Virus record (IMG/VR): IMGVR_UViG_3300009826_000007
Span: 1-52,618 of that record
Direction: 5' to 3' (one strand)
DNA: 52,618 nucleotides
Source of the DNA: a virus
The position numbers and the translations under genes were made by a program. This document shows positions 1 through 7,955 of this stretch, piece after piece (positions within the stretch are counted from its first letter, which is position 1; each line of letters begins with the position of its first letter). The notes beneath the pieces were generated by a model that searched no databases, was not told the DNA's origin, and saw nothing but the letters and a program-made list of their open reading frames with translations.

Positions 1-123
1 CACTGTTCTTTATGCGCAAAACGGATTCGGGTGTGTTTCCAACGTGAATCCATGCATCGTGGGAATAGTCGAAATGAGTGAGGTAGGTTAATAACATATT
101 TTTAAATTCTATGCCGCGATACA
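1..123. repeat. Terminal overlap: bases 1-123 are identical to 52496-52618 (circular closure or terminal redundancy; unique length 52,495 bp)
   Basis: Compared both ends base by base. cactgttctttatgcgcaaaacgg...attctatgccgcgataca is present at both termini. Confidence 0.97.
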
Positions 124-715
124 ATAAATTTTGCGAAATAAGTTCAAGCACCGTTCTGACCGCATCGGGACGTATTTCCTTGAACGCACGTTGGTAAATG
201 TCGGCCAACGCTTGGTAATAGGCCAATTCGCGGCTAAGCGCCTGATTTCCCTCGACAACAAACTTTTTGTTGACATCAATGTAAAAATGGTTGAATGTTG
301 TTATACTGCCATCCTCGTTTCGTTTGTAATTACAATTTATTCCCACTCTGTCCTTGCTGCACAGTGCTAAATTATTAATTGTATAGTGGCGGTTAACAAA
401 ATTATGCATGTTTTCGGCTACAATACCGAATATTGTGTCGGCAACACCTGATTTATGACAAACGTCCCATATTGTTGTGTATTTTTCGCCATGTTTGTAC
501 AACACAACATTGCCAATGTTCTGAATGAAATGTCTACAGGCGGTACAATTGTATTGCTGTGGTTCCCGAAATGAATCCAAATAACACTTCCATAATAAAT
601 CTTTGTCAATTTTTACACGAACCAATGTATAAATGTCTGGATGTGCTAATGCTAACCGTTCCATTTCGCTATATTTTTCTGCTACTGCTTCCGTAAAAAT
701 TTGAAAATCGTCCAT
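1..715 (-). CDS. 5' part (about 238 codons) of a 677-aa ORF that crosses the contig junction (715->1, then 52495->51177); function unknown
   Basis: ATG at 715 with AGGAG 10 nt upstream and an in-frame TAG further upstream. I checked every codon from 715 to 97 and found no stop. The Met codon at 97 is the same codon as 52592, the track start of the 471-aa ORF. Contains a CTACRHF Cys pair. Confidence 0.8.
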   Translation of the reverse strand, partial: MDDFQIFTEAVAEKYSEMERLALAHPDIYTLVRVKIDKDLLWKCYLDSFREPQQYNCTACRHFIQNIGNVVLYKHGEKYTTIWDVCHKSGVADTIFGIVAENMHNFVNRHYTINNLALCSKDRVGINCNYKRNEDGSITTFNHFYIDVNKKFVVEGNQALSRELAYYQALADIYQRAFKEIRPDAVRTVLELISQNLLYRGIEFKNMLLTYLTHFDYSHDAWIHVGNTPESVLRIKNS

Positions 716-761
716 TCTCTCAAATCTCCTATTTTTCTAACAAACTTTCCCGTTCTAATAC

Positions 762-911
762 CTAAAACTCATTAAATTCTTCAAATCCCGACTCCTTGCA
801 TCGTGGACAAACGCTAATAATTTCATATGGTTCACTGTCTAATCCATGTGTTTCGATAAAATATTTTGGTCGGTCGAACACATATTTACATACTACACAT
901 TCGTACAACAT
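762..911 (-). CDS. 49-aa zinc-ribbon-like protein (below ORF-track cutoff)
   Basis: Translates as MLYECVVCKYVFDRPKYFIETHGLDSEPYEIISVCPRCKESGFEEFNEF. It has CxxC...CxxC. The ATG lies 1 nt after the stop of the upstream gene. Confidence 0.55.
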   Translation of the reverse strand: MLYECVVCKYVFDRPKYFIETHGLDSEPYEIISVCPRCKESGFEEFNEF

Positions 912-912
912 A

Positions 913-1575
913 TTATTTTCCCCTGTTCCGTTTCTTGATGGTCAACTCGCGTTCGTTTAAAACAAACGACTTATTTTTACGCCTGTCATATTCTTTTGGC
1001 AAATTACGTGGGGAAACTGCTCTAAAATTTAGGGTAGAATTTGTTATAACTTTTAATTCGTCCGAATCGTACTCTCCGGTGTCGTCAATGCTGCGAACTA
1101 ATGTATGGCTACGCGTTTGCATGACAATTTTGTATACGTTTGGGTCTTTTCGAAAAACGATGATTCTTGCACCACTCGGGTGTACTCGCTCCCAGTCAGA
1201 AAACAACAAATCATATTGTGGATGTTTTAACGTGACAATCAAATTGCCATCGACTTCGATTTGCTGTACGCGTTGGTTGTTTGTCTTGCGCAATTTATTT
1301 CCCTTTTTGACTGCGTCAATTTTTAATGCGGCTGCTACGACCGATTCTAAATCGTTTAAATCGCTATTTGGGTCAATCCTGTTGATAATAAACCGTTCAA
1401 TCGCTTTCCAATTGAATTCATGGCCATTGTAAAAAATGTTGTCTGCATCTGGGGACTTTCCGATTGCGTACATTTGCCGTCTTTTGACATTAATTACCTC
1501 GCCCAATGATGTGAGTGTAGGCTTGCCCAAATCCTCGATAACCTCTAATAACCGGTAATTTGTAACTATGCTCAT
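913..1575 (-). CDS. First gene of the leftward early operon; hypothetical, possible N-terminal HTH
   Basis: 220-aa ORF with GAAAGGAGG upstream of the ATG. PTLTSLGEVINVKRRQMYAI resembles a helix-turn-helix. It sits directly downstream of the predicted promoter. Confidence 0.7.
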   Translation of the reverse strand: MSIVTNYRLLEVIEDLGKPTLTSLGEVINVKRRQMYAIGKSPDADNIFYNGHEFNWKAIERFIINRIDPNSDLNDLESVVAAALKIDAVKKGNKLRKTNNQRVQQIEVDGNLIVTLKHPQYDLLFSDWERVHPSGARIIVFRKDPNVYKIVMQTRSHTLVRSIDDTGEYDSDELKVITNSTLNFRAVSPRNLPKEYDRRKNKSFVLNERELTIKKRNRGK

Positions 1576-1614
1576 GTATTTATGCTACCTCCTTTCATAC
1601 ATATATACATACAT

Positions 1615-1643
1615 ATTATATCTGTGTGCTAAACACATGTAAA
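1615..1643 (-). promoter_or_regulatory. Sigma70-like promoter for the leftward operon
   Basis: The minus strand reads TTTACA-17 nt-TATAAT. The -35 is at 1643-1638 and the -10 at 1620-1615, about 40 nt upstream of ATG 1575. The spacer contains a TGTGT/ACACA dyad. Confidence 0.55.
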
Positions 1644-1746
1644 AATATGGAAATAGTTGGAGTCGATTAGAATCGTTTTCATCTGCCAAATCATGTCCGT
1701 CAAACGTAAAAGAAAATCCTTTAATGCCTAGCAAAAATGCGATTGA

Positions 1747-1813
1747 GTTAGTCATAGCTAACTCGAGTTAGTGCCAACTAACTTTGAAATGGTGACGGTT
1801 AGTCATGACTAAC
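1747..1813. promoter_or_regulatory. Three 16-bp operator-like inverted repeats GTTAGT-N4-ACTAAC
   Basis: Site sequences: 1747-1762 gttagtcatagctaac; 1767-1782 gttagtgccaactaac; 1798-1813 gttagtcatgactaac (perfect palindrome). Centre spacing is 20 and 31 bp. Confidence 0.6.
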
Positions 1814-2430
1814 TAGAATGGTAGTTAATGGTAAACGTGATGAAATGTATAAAAAGTATAGTTCCCTCTCATGATTATGCCATCCAGCTTTTTCCATGTG
1901 TTTGTTTGCCATATTTGACATATTGTACCATTTTATGCATTTGTTTACATTCTGATAACATGTTGATTATTTTTTGCTCACTTGTCTGTTGTACAGGCTA
2001 CTACATACACTATATACATATATACATGTGTATAGATATACATATATACTACCATATAACGTATGTAGTAGATATATGGTATATGTATAGTGATATATAC
2101 ACATATTAGTACTATATATACACACATATATATGTATATAATGTATGTATGTTTATAGCCGTGTACTGGAATTCTGGAACAAATTCACTCATGATTTACC
2201 GTGCCGAAATTCTATCACACAAAATCCGAAAAGTAAATTGCGTTGGTCAAACTCATTTTTGTCATGCTTGAAGGGTAAGTATAAGGGTATAGACATATAT
2301 GCATAAACGTATTAAGTTGTAGTTATAGGGTTTATAGGCATTTAAAGGGTGTAATGATACACATGTGATACTTGTGCAACATGAAAATCTTTTATAAATT
2401 TCCCATTTCGCACGAAAAAATTTGTCAGAC

Positions 2431-2497
2431 TATTCCATATATGGTTCGTATGTAAGGACATGACCCTCGTCTTTACATACGAACCTTATATGGAATA
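2431..2497. repeat. Long inverted repeat (about 25-27-bp arms, 13-nt loop)
   Basis: ttccatatatggttcgtatgtaagg pairs with ctttacatacgaaccttatatggaa. There is one mismatch and one G-T pair. Confidence 0.9.
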
Positions 2498-2580
2498 CAC
2501 CACAACATTTTTTGACAAAATATGGCATAATTTAGTAGATATGAGCCAAATATGTCATATTTTTCCATATATATGTGTAC

Positions 2581-2630
2581 CGCCCCCCGTCCTGCCGCCG
2601 CCGCCGGGCGCACACCTCCCCCATCCACTC
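2581..2630. other. Isolated GC-rich island in an AT-rich non-coding region
   Basis: cgccccccgtcctgccgccgccgccgggcgcacacctcccccatccactc has 41 of 50 G+C by my count. Confidence 0.85.
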
Positions 2631-2845
2631 AATCCATATATATAAATACCTCCCAAAAATTTCGGACATACAAAATAACATTCATGTATATATTTCACGA
2701 GTACCAAAAATATTTCGATATAATGATTGCTATTACATTTTCCATGATATACAATATATTGTAATTAACGGGCGCTATCTCCCATACATTGTACTAACGC
2801 CTGTTAATTTCTCTTTTGTGCGTATTTGGTGGAGTGCATTTGGTG

Positions 2846-2892
2846 AAAGGCAATGTACGCATGGCGTTGTGTACATTGCCTTTGACTTTTTC
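2846..2892 (+). terminator. Perfect 13-bp stem hairpin followed by a T-rich tract (intrinsic-terminator-like, plus orientation)
   Basis: aaaggcaatgtac (2846-2858) pairs with gtacattgccttt (2871-2883), followed by gactttttc. No annotated gene lies upstream. Confidence 0.4.
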
Positions 2893-3338
2893 GTCATAAA
2901 TTTCGAACGTACTTCTACATGCAAACATACATGTATGTCTGTACTCACATACAAGCATACATATATACATATATACATATATACAAGCATATATACATAC
3001 ACATCCATGTAAATACCCCAAGCTCATATATATTCCAAGCATATATTTATATATAGGCATGTCTACACGTAAAAAATACATTCCACAAATTTCGAACACA
3101 ATCAATCAGATATGTTGATATATATTTCGAGTATCAAAAATTTTTCGAGGAAAGATTGTATATATATTCCGGGTATCATATAATGGGGTTGGGTATTCAG
3201 GTATATGCTCAATCAGCCCTCACTGATTTTATATGTTTTATATGACAATTACGTTAGTTCGCCATAACTAATGTAATTGTTTAGGCACAGCCATTCTCCA
3301 AAGCTCAAAAACAAATATATTTCCACAATCCTACAATT

Positions 3339-3397
3339 TAGCGCATATTAAACTTTTTCGTTAAGCAATTCCGAAAACGCTTAATATGCGCTATTTT
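3339..3397 (+). terminator. Hairpin/attenuator-like structure just upstream of the first rightward ORF
   Basis: tagcgcatattaa (3339-3351) pairs with ttaatatgcgcta (3381-3393). There is an inner ttttcg/cgaaaa stem, then tttt. ATG 3424 lies 30 nt downstream. Confidence 0.4.
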
Positions 3398-3423
3398 GCT
3401 TGTAATTACGAAAGGGAACAAAA

Positions 3424-3702
3424 ATGTTTAAACCAACAGCAGATATAATAGGCATAATAATAGACAACAAGCATGTCGGTGAATTATTTTTTATGGAAAT
3501 TGTAAATTTAAAAGACAAATTTGGCGTAGTCATGCCTGAACATAAAATTGATGATAAAATATTGTTGGAAATACTAAAAGAACGTAAGACGGATTTACTT
3601 GTCAAGGTATTTGGTAGCTATTATCAAGCGCCAAAAGGTAAGCATCTTATCATGGCAGATTCAATGTCAGTTATGAATGAGCCTAGAGTTGTTATGTGTT
3701 AA
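3424..3702 (+). CDS. Hypothetical protein (92 aa)
   Basis: ORF with AAAGGGA upstream. It is the first gene of the rightward block. Confidence 0.6.
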   Translation: MFKPTADIIGIIIDNKHVGELFFMEIVNLKDKFGVVMPEHKIDDKILLEILKERKTDLLVKVFGSYYQAPKGKHLIMADSMSVMNEPRVVMC

Positions 3703-3710
3703 CAAAATAT

Positions 3711-3782
3711 TGGACTATCGCCAAACGGTAAGGCACTAGACTTTGACTCTAGTATTTGTTGGTTCGATTCCAACTAGTCCCG
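3711..3782 (+). tRNA. tRNA-Gln (anticodon UUG, 3743-3745), no encoded CCA
   Basis: - Hand-folded cloverleaf: acceptor TGGACTA/TAGTCCC with a 1:72 mismatch.
- D arm GCCA-AACGGTA-AGGC, as in E. coli tRNA-Gln.
- Anticodon arm CTAGA-CTTTGAC-TCTAG.
- T arm GTTGG-TTCGATT-CCAAC.
- Discriminator G. Confidence 0.88.
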
Positions 3783-3807
3783 TAAAAAAGATGAGTGAGG
3801 GGGAAAC

Positions 3808-4251
3808 ATGGCACATATTAAGGAACACTTGAATATGGAAAATGTGGAATATAAGGTGAAATATCTTGAAGAATGCTTATACGCAAAAATCATTAACGAT
3901 ATGATAAAACAGAATAATGTTGACAATGGGAACATAAGTGACGGTTACAATACTTTCGATGAATTGTATAAACATAGGACTGTGTTATTTAGCGTTGTTT
4001 GTAGCAAATTCAAGTCTATGGCTTGGAAGTCTAAACAACATTATGATGGTACTATGCCTTGTGGGTATTTTATTGCTGGTATAGATACTCCAATTGGGCA
4101 AGTAACTTATCATTGCAGACTGGAATTTTGGAATTGGTTTAATGTTACCGAATTGCCAAAAGTTCGTAAGCATGACGAAATTTCAAATGAGGAAAAACTA
4201 CAACGCATTGCAATGTTGGCCAATGTAGTCCGTGTGGAACCGAAAGGCTGA
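3808..4251 (+). CDS. Conserved-looking phage protein of unknown function (147 aa)
   Basis: GAGGGGGAAAC RBS. Contains a DGYNTFDELYKHR...WKSKQHYDG...TPIGQVTYH block. Confidence 0.7.
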   Translation: MAHIKEHLNMENVEYKVKYLEECLYAKIINDMIKQNNVDNGNISDGYNTFDELYKHRTVLFSVVCSKFKSMAWKSKQHYDGTMPCGYFIAGIDTPIGQVTYHCRLEFWNWFNVTELPKVRKHDEISNEEKLQRIAMLANVVRVEPKG

Positions 4252-4255
4252 AAAA

Positions 4256-4381
4256 ATGCAAAATTATTTTACAGTAAAAGATTTTAATAAAATGGAAGAG
4301 GAAAAAGAAGAGAAAATTAGGATTAAAAAGACCATTGAACAATATAACAAGGATAAAAAGTTAAAAAGGGGATTCTTTTAA
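4256..4381 (+). CDS. 41-aa K/E-rich protein, paralogous at its N-terminus to 4972..5235
   Basis: Translates as MQNYFTVKDFNKMEEEKEEKIRIKKTIEQYNKDKKLKRGFF. GAAAGG lies 7 nt upstream. It is below the track cutoff. Confidence 0.45.
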   Translation: MQNYFTVKDFNKMEEEKEEKIRIKKTIEQYNKDKKLKRGFF

Positions 4382-4399
4382 CAGAAAGGATGTGAAGGA

Positions 4400-4972
4400 A
4401 TGGGAAATTGTATTATATGTGAACACGAAAAGCGTATTGATATAGAATCTGCTTTGCTAGCCGGTCAAACGGCAAGGAACGTAGCAAAATTTTATAATGT
4501 TGATGTGGCTGCGATTGAATCGCATTCTTCCATATGCTCAACATACGTTTTAGGCCTAGAAGAGTTTGACAACATTGTAATGAAAGAAATTTATGAGTTT
4601 AACGAAAGTCAAGGGTTGAGTAATGCAGCCGTAAAATTGCCAGGGAGCATACAACGGCAAATTGGGTTGCGTGAAGGCGATATGCTGGCTGCTGTTATGC
4701 AAGAACATTTGGTGACATTAAAGAATATGGGTAGGCAAATCAATCATTATATTAATAAGGCCAATACGCGGGAAGGGCTAACTGACCAACAAAAGTTTTT
4801 GCGTAAACCTATTATGGATGCCTATGTGCTGGTAAGTTCCGAAATGCGGCAAACGGCTAAAACAATGGCAGACATTGAAAAAATGCTACATGCACCGGAA
4901 CCTGAAAGCCCTGTCAGCGGATTGTACGCATTAACGAATGCGATAGCGATTTCCAAGAAAAATGTGGGTTGA
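4400..4972 (+). CDS. terS: Terminase small subunit (putative)
   Basis: 190 aa, positioned just before terL. The N-terminus has a Cys pair plus an HTH-like LLAGQTARNVAKFYNVDVAAIESH. Confidence 0.65.
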   Translation: MGNCIICEHEKRIDIESALLAGQTARNVAKFYNVDVAAIESHSSICSTYVLGLEEFDNIVMKEIYEFNESQGLSNAAVKLPGSIQRQIGLREGDMLAAVMQEHLVTLKNMGRQINHYINKANTREGLTDQQKFLRKPIMDAYVLVSSEMRQTAKTMADIEKMLHAPEPESPVSGLYALTNAIAISKKNVG

Positions 4973-5235
4973 TGAGGATGCAAAATTATTACACAATCAA
5001 AGATTTTGAAAAAAATGAGAGCAATAGGCGGGAAGTAGACGAAATTGCAAAACAAGTGCAGTTTTTGACGATTGAAGTTGAAAAATTAAAAAAGATAATA
5101 AGACAAAAACAAAATTATGAAATGGGAATTTTAAAAAGCGAGTTGGACGTAATGCATAAAATAGATCAAATAACTCCTCCCCATTTTTCTTGTTCTCCTC
5201 CTCGCCCGTTGGTGACACATGATAGATTTTGCTAA
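4972..5235 (+). CDS. Small coiled-coil protein between terS and terL
   Basis: Track ORF 4969..5235. MQNYYTIKDFEKN mirrors the MQNYFTVKDFNK of 4256..4381. The start is ambiguous (4969, 4972 or 4978). It overlaps the terL start by 17 nt. Confidence 0.5.
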   Translation: MRMQNYYTIKDFEKNESNRREVDEIAKQVQFLTIEVEKLKKIIRQKQNYEMGILKSELDVMHKIDQITPPHFSCSPPRPLVTHDRFC

Positions 5236-6529
5236 CGGCAAATTTTCGCCCAAAGCATTAGATTTTATTGAAAACTCCACCGCCCGACTGTGTATTTTAC
5301 ATGGTTCTGTGCGTTCGTCTAAAACCGTCAATTGTACTGTCCGCTGGTTGATATATATCGCCAGTGGGCCTCCTGGCGATTTAGTGATAATGGGCAAAGA
5401 CAGGGGATCAATATGGCGGAATGTCCTCAATGACATGTTAGAAATAGTTGGTAAGAAAAGTTATAAATGGGTTGACCGAATGCGTGGGGAGCTAACCATT
5501 TTTGACCGTAGAGTTTGGGTCATAGGTGCCTCTACGGTCGAAGCGGAAGAAAGACTTAGGGGCGCGACATTTGCAGGCGCGTATTGCGACGAGGCCAACA
5601 CATACCCGGAATTAGTTTGGAATCAACTTCTTGCACGGCTAAGCGTTAAAGGGGCGCAAGTATTTGCCAACTGCAATCCAGATACACCTTATCACTGGTT
5701 TTATTGCGGGCCATTAACGTCCAAGGAAATTACTAACCGGCAAATATGGCATTTTACAATGGACGATAATCCAAATCTTGATCCTGAATATAAATCAAAT
5801 TTGATCGCGGAATTCAAAGGATCGCCTGTATTTTATCGCCGATTTGTATTGGGTGAATGGATTGTCGCAGAAGGGTCAATATATCAGGTGTTTAGTGACA
5901 ACGAGGACGATTATTATAATGTTCAATGGAACAAGGAATCAAGAAAATTAGAATTTCTTGATCCTAAAACTGGCTCAATCAAGGAAAAACGAATAGCACA
6001 TATAAATATTGGGGTTGACTGGGGGCAAAATAATTCTGCACATGCATTTGTTGCTACAGCGCTAACAGAAAATTATGAAGACCTTGTCGCCTTGCGCTCT
6101 CGTAGGCACAAAGCGACAGGCACTACACCAAACGATGTATTGGAATGGTTTATTGATTTTGCGGACGGGATAACGGCTGATTTCGGTAGGGTACGAGCGG
6201 TCTACTGCGATAGTGCAGAACAAATTTTAATTAATATGCTACGCCAAAACACTAATTATTCTATTCGTAATGCCCTAAAATATCCGATTGTTGACCGAAT
6301 ACGCGCAACAGTTGCATTAATGGGACAGCGTAGATTCCACATGCTTGACGATACCCTTGATCTCCAAGGCTTTTTCCGTGCCGCACGATATAAGGAAAAT
6401 TCTCACACAGACGAGCGATTGGATGACGGTAGCTATGACCAAGATACAGGGGATGCGTTCGAATACACGTTCGAGCGATATATGAGATATTTAATAGATG
6501 GCAGGGATGCGGATGTCGTTCATAACTAG
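5219..6529 (+). CDS. terL: Terminase large subunit
   Basis: 436 aa with a Walker A-like LHGSVRSSKT, a YCDEAN Walker B-like motif and a C-terminal nuclease-sized domain. The portal gene follows. Confidence 0.9.
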   Translation: MIDFANGKFSPKALDFIENSTARLCILHGSVRSSKTVNCTVRWLIYIASGPPGDLVIMGKDRGSIWRNVLNDMLEIVGKKSYKWVDRMRGELTIFDRRVWVIGASTVEAEERLRGATFAGAYCDEANTYPELVWNQLLARLSVKGAQVFANCNPDTPYHWFYCGPLTSKEITNRQIWHFTMDDNPNLDPEYKSNLIAEFKGSPVFYRRFVLGEWIVAEGSIYQVFSDNEDDYYNVQWNKESRKLEFLDPKTGSIKEKRIAHINIGVDWGQNNSAHAFVATALTENYEDLVALRSRRHKATGTTPNDVLEWFIDFADGITADFGRVRAVYCDSAEQILINMLRQNTNYSIRNALKYPIVDRIRATVALMGQRRFHMLDDTLDLQGFFRAARYKENSHTDERLDDGSYDQDTGDAFEYTFERYMRYLIDGRDADVVHN

Positions 6530-7955
6530 GATTGTGAGTGGGGCGAAAAATTTGTTTAATAATTCAGGAAAAAAACCATTAAAACAGGCGTACCCAATCA
6601 TGAATGGGCGACAAATGTTGTGGAAACAAATGTATATGAATCAATCGCCCTGGCTAATCCCTGATAAAATTTGGTCAACAAATCTGGCTTGCATTGTTTC
6701 CGGTGAAGTATCGCGTTTGGTGACCCTTGATTTACGGACGGCTGCGGAAGCTGACCCGGACATACAATCTATTTATGAACGCGAGGTTATATCAAACATT
6801 AGAAACCAGGTTGAATATGGTTTAGCGTTGGGCGGAATTATAATCAAACCCTATCTGTCGGGCGGTAAAATTAGAATAAATTTTGCGCAACCTAGCGAAT
6901 ATGAAATAATTTCATTCGATACAGATGGCACAATCCTAGAATGTTATTTTAAGGATTACGAGCCTGTTGACGTTTCTGATTATTTATGTCGGGTCGAACA
7001 TCATATTTTTGAACGCGATACTGGCAATTACTACATCACAAATGAAGTTTATACAATGAATGGGATAGCTGATATTTCCGGCAATTTAGGTACCAGACAT
7101 TCGAATACCCAAGAAGCATTGAATAGTGTTGCACGATGGCGTGGAATAGCGATTGAACAAAAATTGACTAACGTACACGATACTTTGTTTGGATTTTTTA
7201 AGCCCGCGACATCAAACAATATAGACACAAAATCACCCCACGGAGTTTCCATTTTCGACAAGGCTATTCCGACAATAAAATTGGCCGACATTCAGTTATC
7301 GGCGCTTGTCCGCGAGTTTAAAATAAAAGAAGGTCGTTTGTATGTTGATAGGTTGGCGTTGGAGGGAACGTCTAAAAGAGGTCAAACCATACCACATTTA
7401 GCAGATGATTTTTATATTAAAATGGATGTTGACCCAAAACAGGGTACTACATTTTTTGAGGTGTTTTCCCCGGAAATACGCTCTACCGATTTTTTACGAG
7501 TGTTAAATAAATATCAACAGCTAGTTGAAGATAATGTTGGGTTAATGCATGGCACCTTTTCCGCGCCGGATATTACCGATAGAACGGCTACAGAAGTTCG
7601 AGAGTCAAAACACCGCACATACTCGACTGTGAGCAGTAACCAGGCAGCATTACATAGGGCGTTACAACAAACCGTTAATGCCTTATCCTATTATTTGGGC
7701 AAGCAACACATAAAAGTTGTTACGGCGTTTGATGATTCGTTGCTGCGAGACCCGAAAGAAGTATTGGAGTCTATGTCCGATGACGTAGCGGCGGGACTCA
7801 TACGCCCAGAAATTTATTTGGCTAAAAAATATGGTCTGACAGAGGTTGAAGCGTTAAAGATGATGCCTACTGGCCTGCAAATGCTGAGAGGCACTAATAC
7901 ACAAATTACCTGGAACGAATCCGATATAAACACCCCTAGCGGTGATGGCGAATGA
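6498..7955 (+). CDS. Portal protein
   Basis: 485 aa, immediately after and overlapping terL. Size and position are typical of SPP1 gp6-type portals. Confidence 0.85.
   Translation: MAGMRMSFITRIVSGAKNLFNNSGKKPLKQAYPIMNGRQMLWKQMYMNQSPWLIPDKIWSTNLACIVSGEVSRLVTLDLRTAAEADPDIQSIYEREVISNIRNQVEYGLALGGIIIKPYLSGGKIRINFAQPSEYEIISFDTDGTILECYFKDYEPVDVSDYLCRVEHHIFERDTGNYYITNEVYTMNGIADISGNLGTRHSNTQEALNSVARWRGIAIEQKLTNVHDTLFGFFKPATSNNIDTKSPHGVSIFDKAIPTIKLADIQLSALVREFKIKEGRLYVDRLALEGTSKRGQTIPHLADDFYIKMDVDPKQGTTFFEVFSPEIRSTDFLRVLNKYQQLVEDNVGLMHGTFSAPDITDRTATEVRESKHRTYSTVSSNQAALHRALQQTVNALSYYLGKQHIKVVTAFDDSLLRDPKEVLESMSDDVAAGLIRPEIYLAKKYGLTEVEALKMMPTGLQMLRGTNTQITWNESDINTPSGDGE

Noticed and set aside
1-123. The 123-bp terminal repeat as a biological direct terminal repeat of the virion genome
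   Set aside because: It lies in the middle of a coding sequence (the 677-aa ORF), far from the terminase genes. This is typical of an assembler overlap on a circular or circularly permuted genome. The true ends must be mapped from reads.
1828-3105. Track ORFs 1828..2109, 2460..2645, 2552..2764, 2575..3012, 2775..3008 and 2794..3105 as possible genes
   Set aside because: Their translations are low-complexity strings of Y/I/C/H/M generated by TATACA/TGTATA repeats. They overlap one another in several frames and on both strands. None has an RBS. I treat the region as non-coding.
3711-3782. The tRNA as a suppressor indicating stop-codon recoding
   Set aside because: The anticodon is UUG (standard Gln, codon CAA). 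All major genes are intact long ORFs in the standard code.
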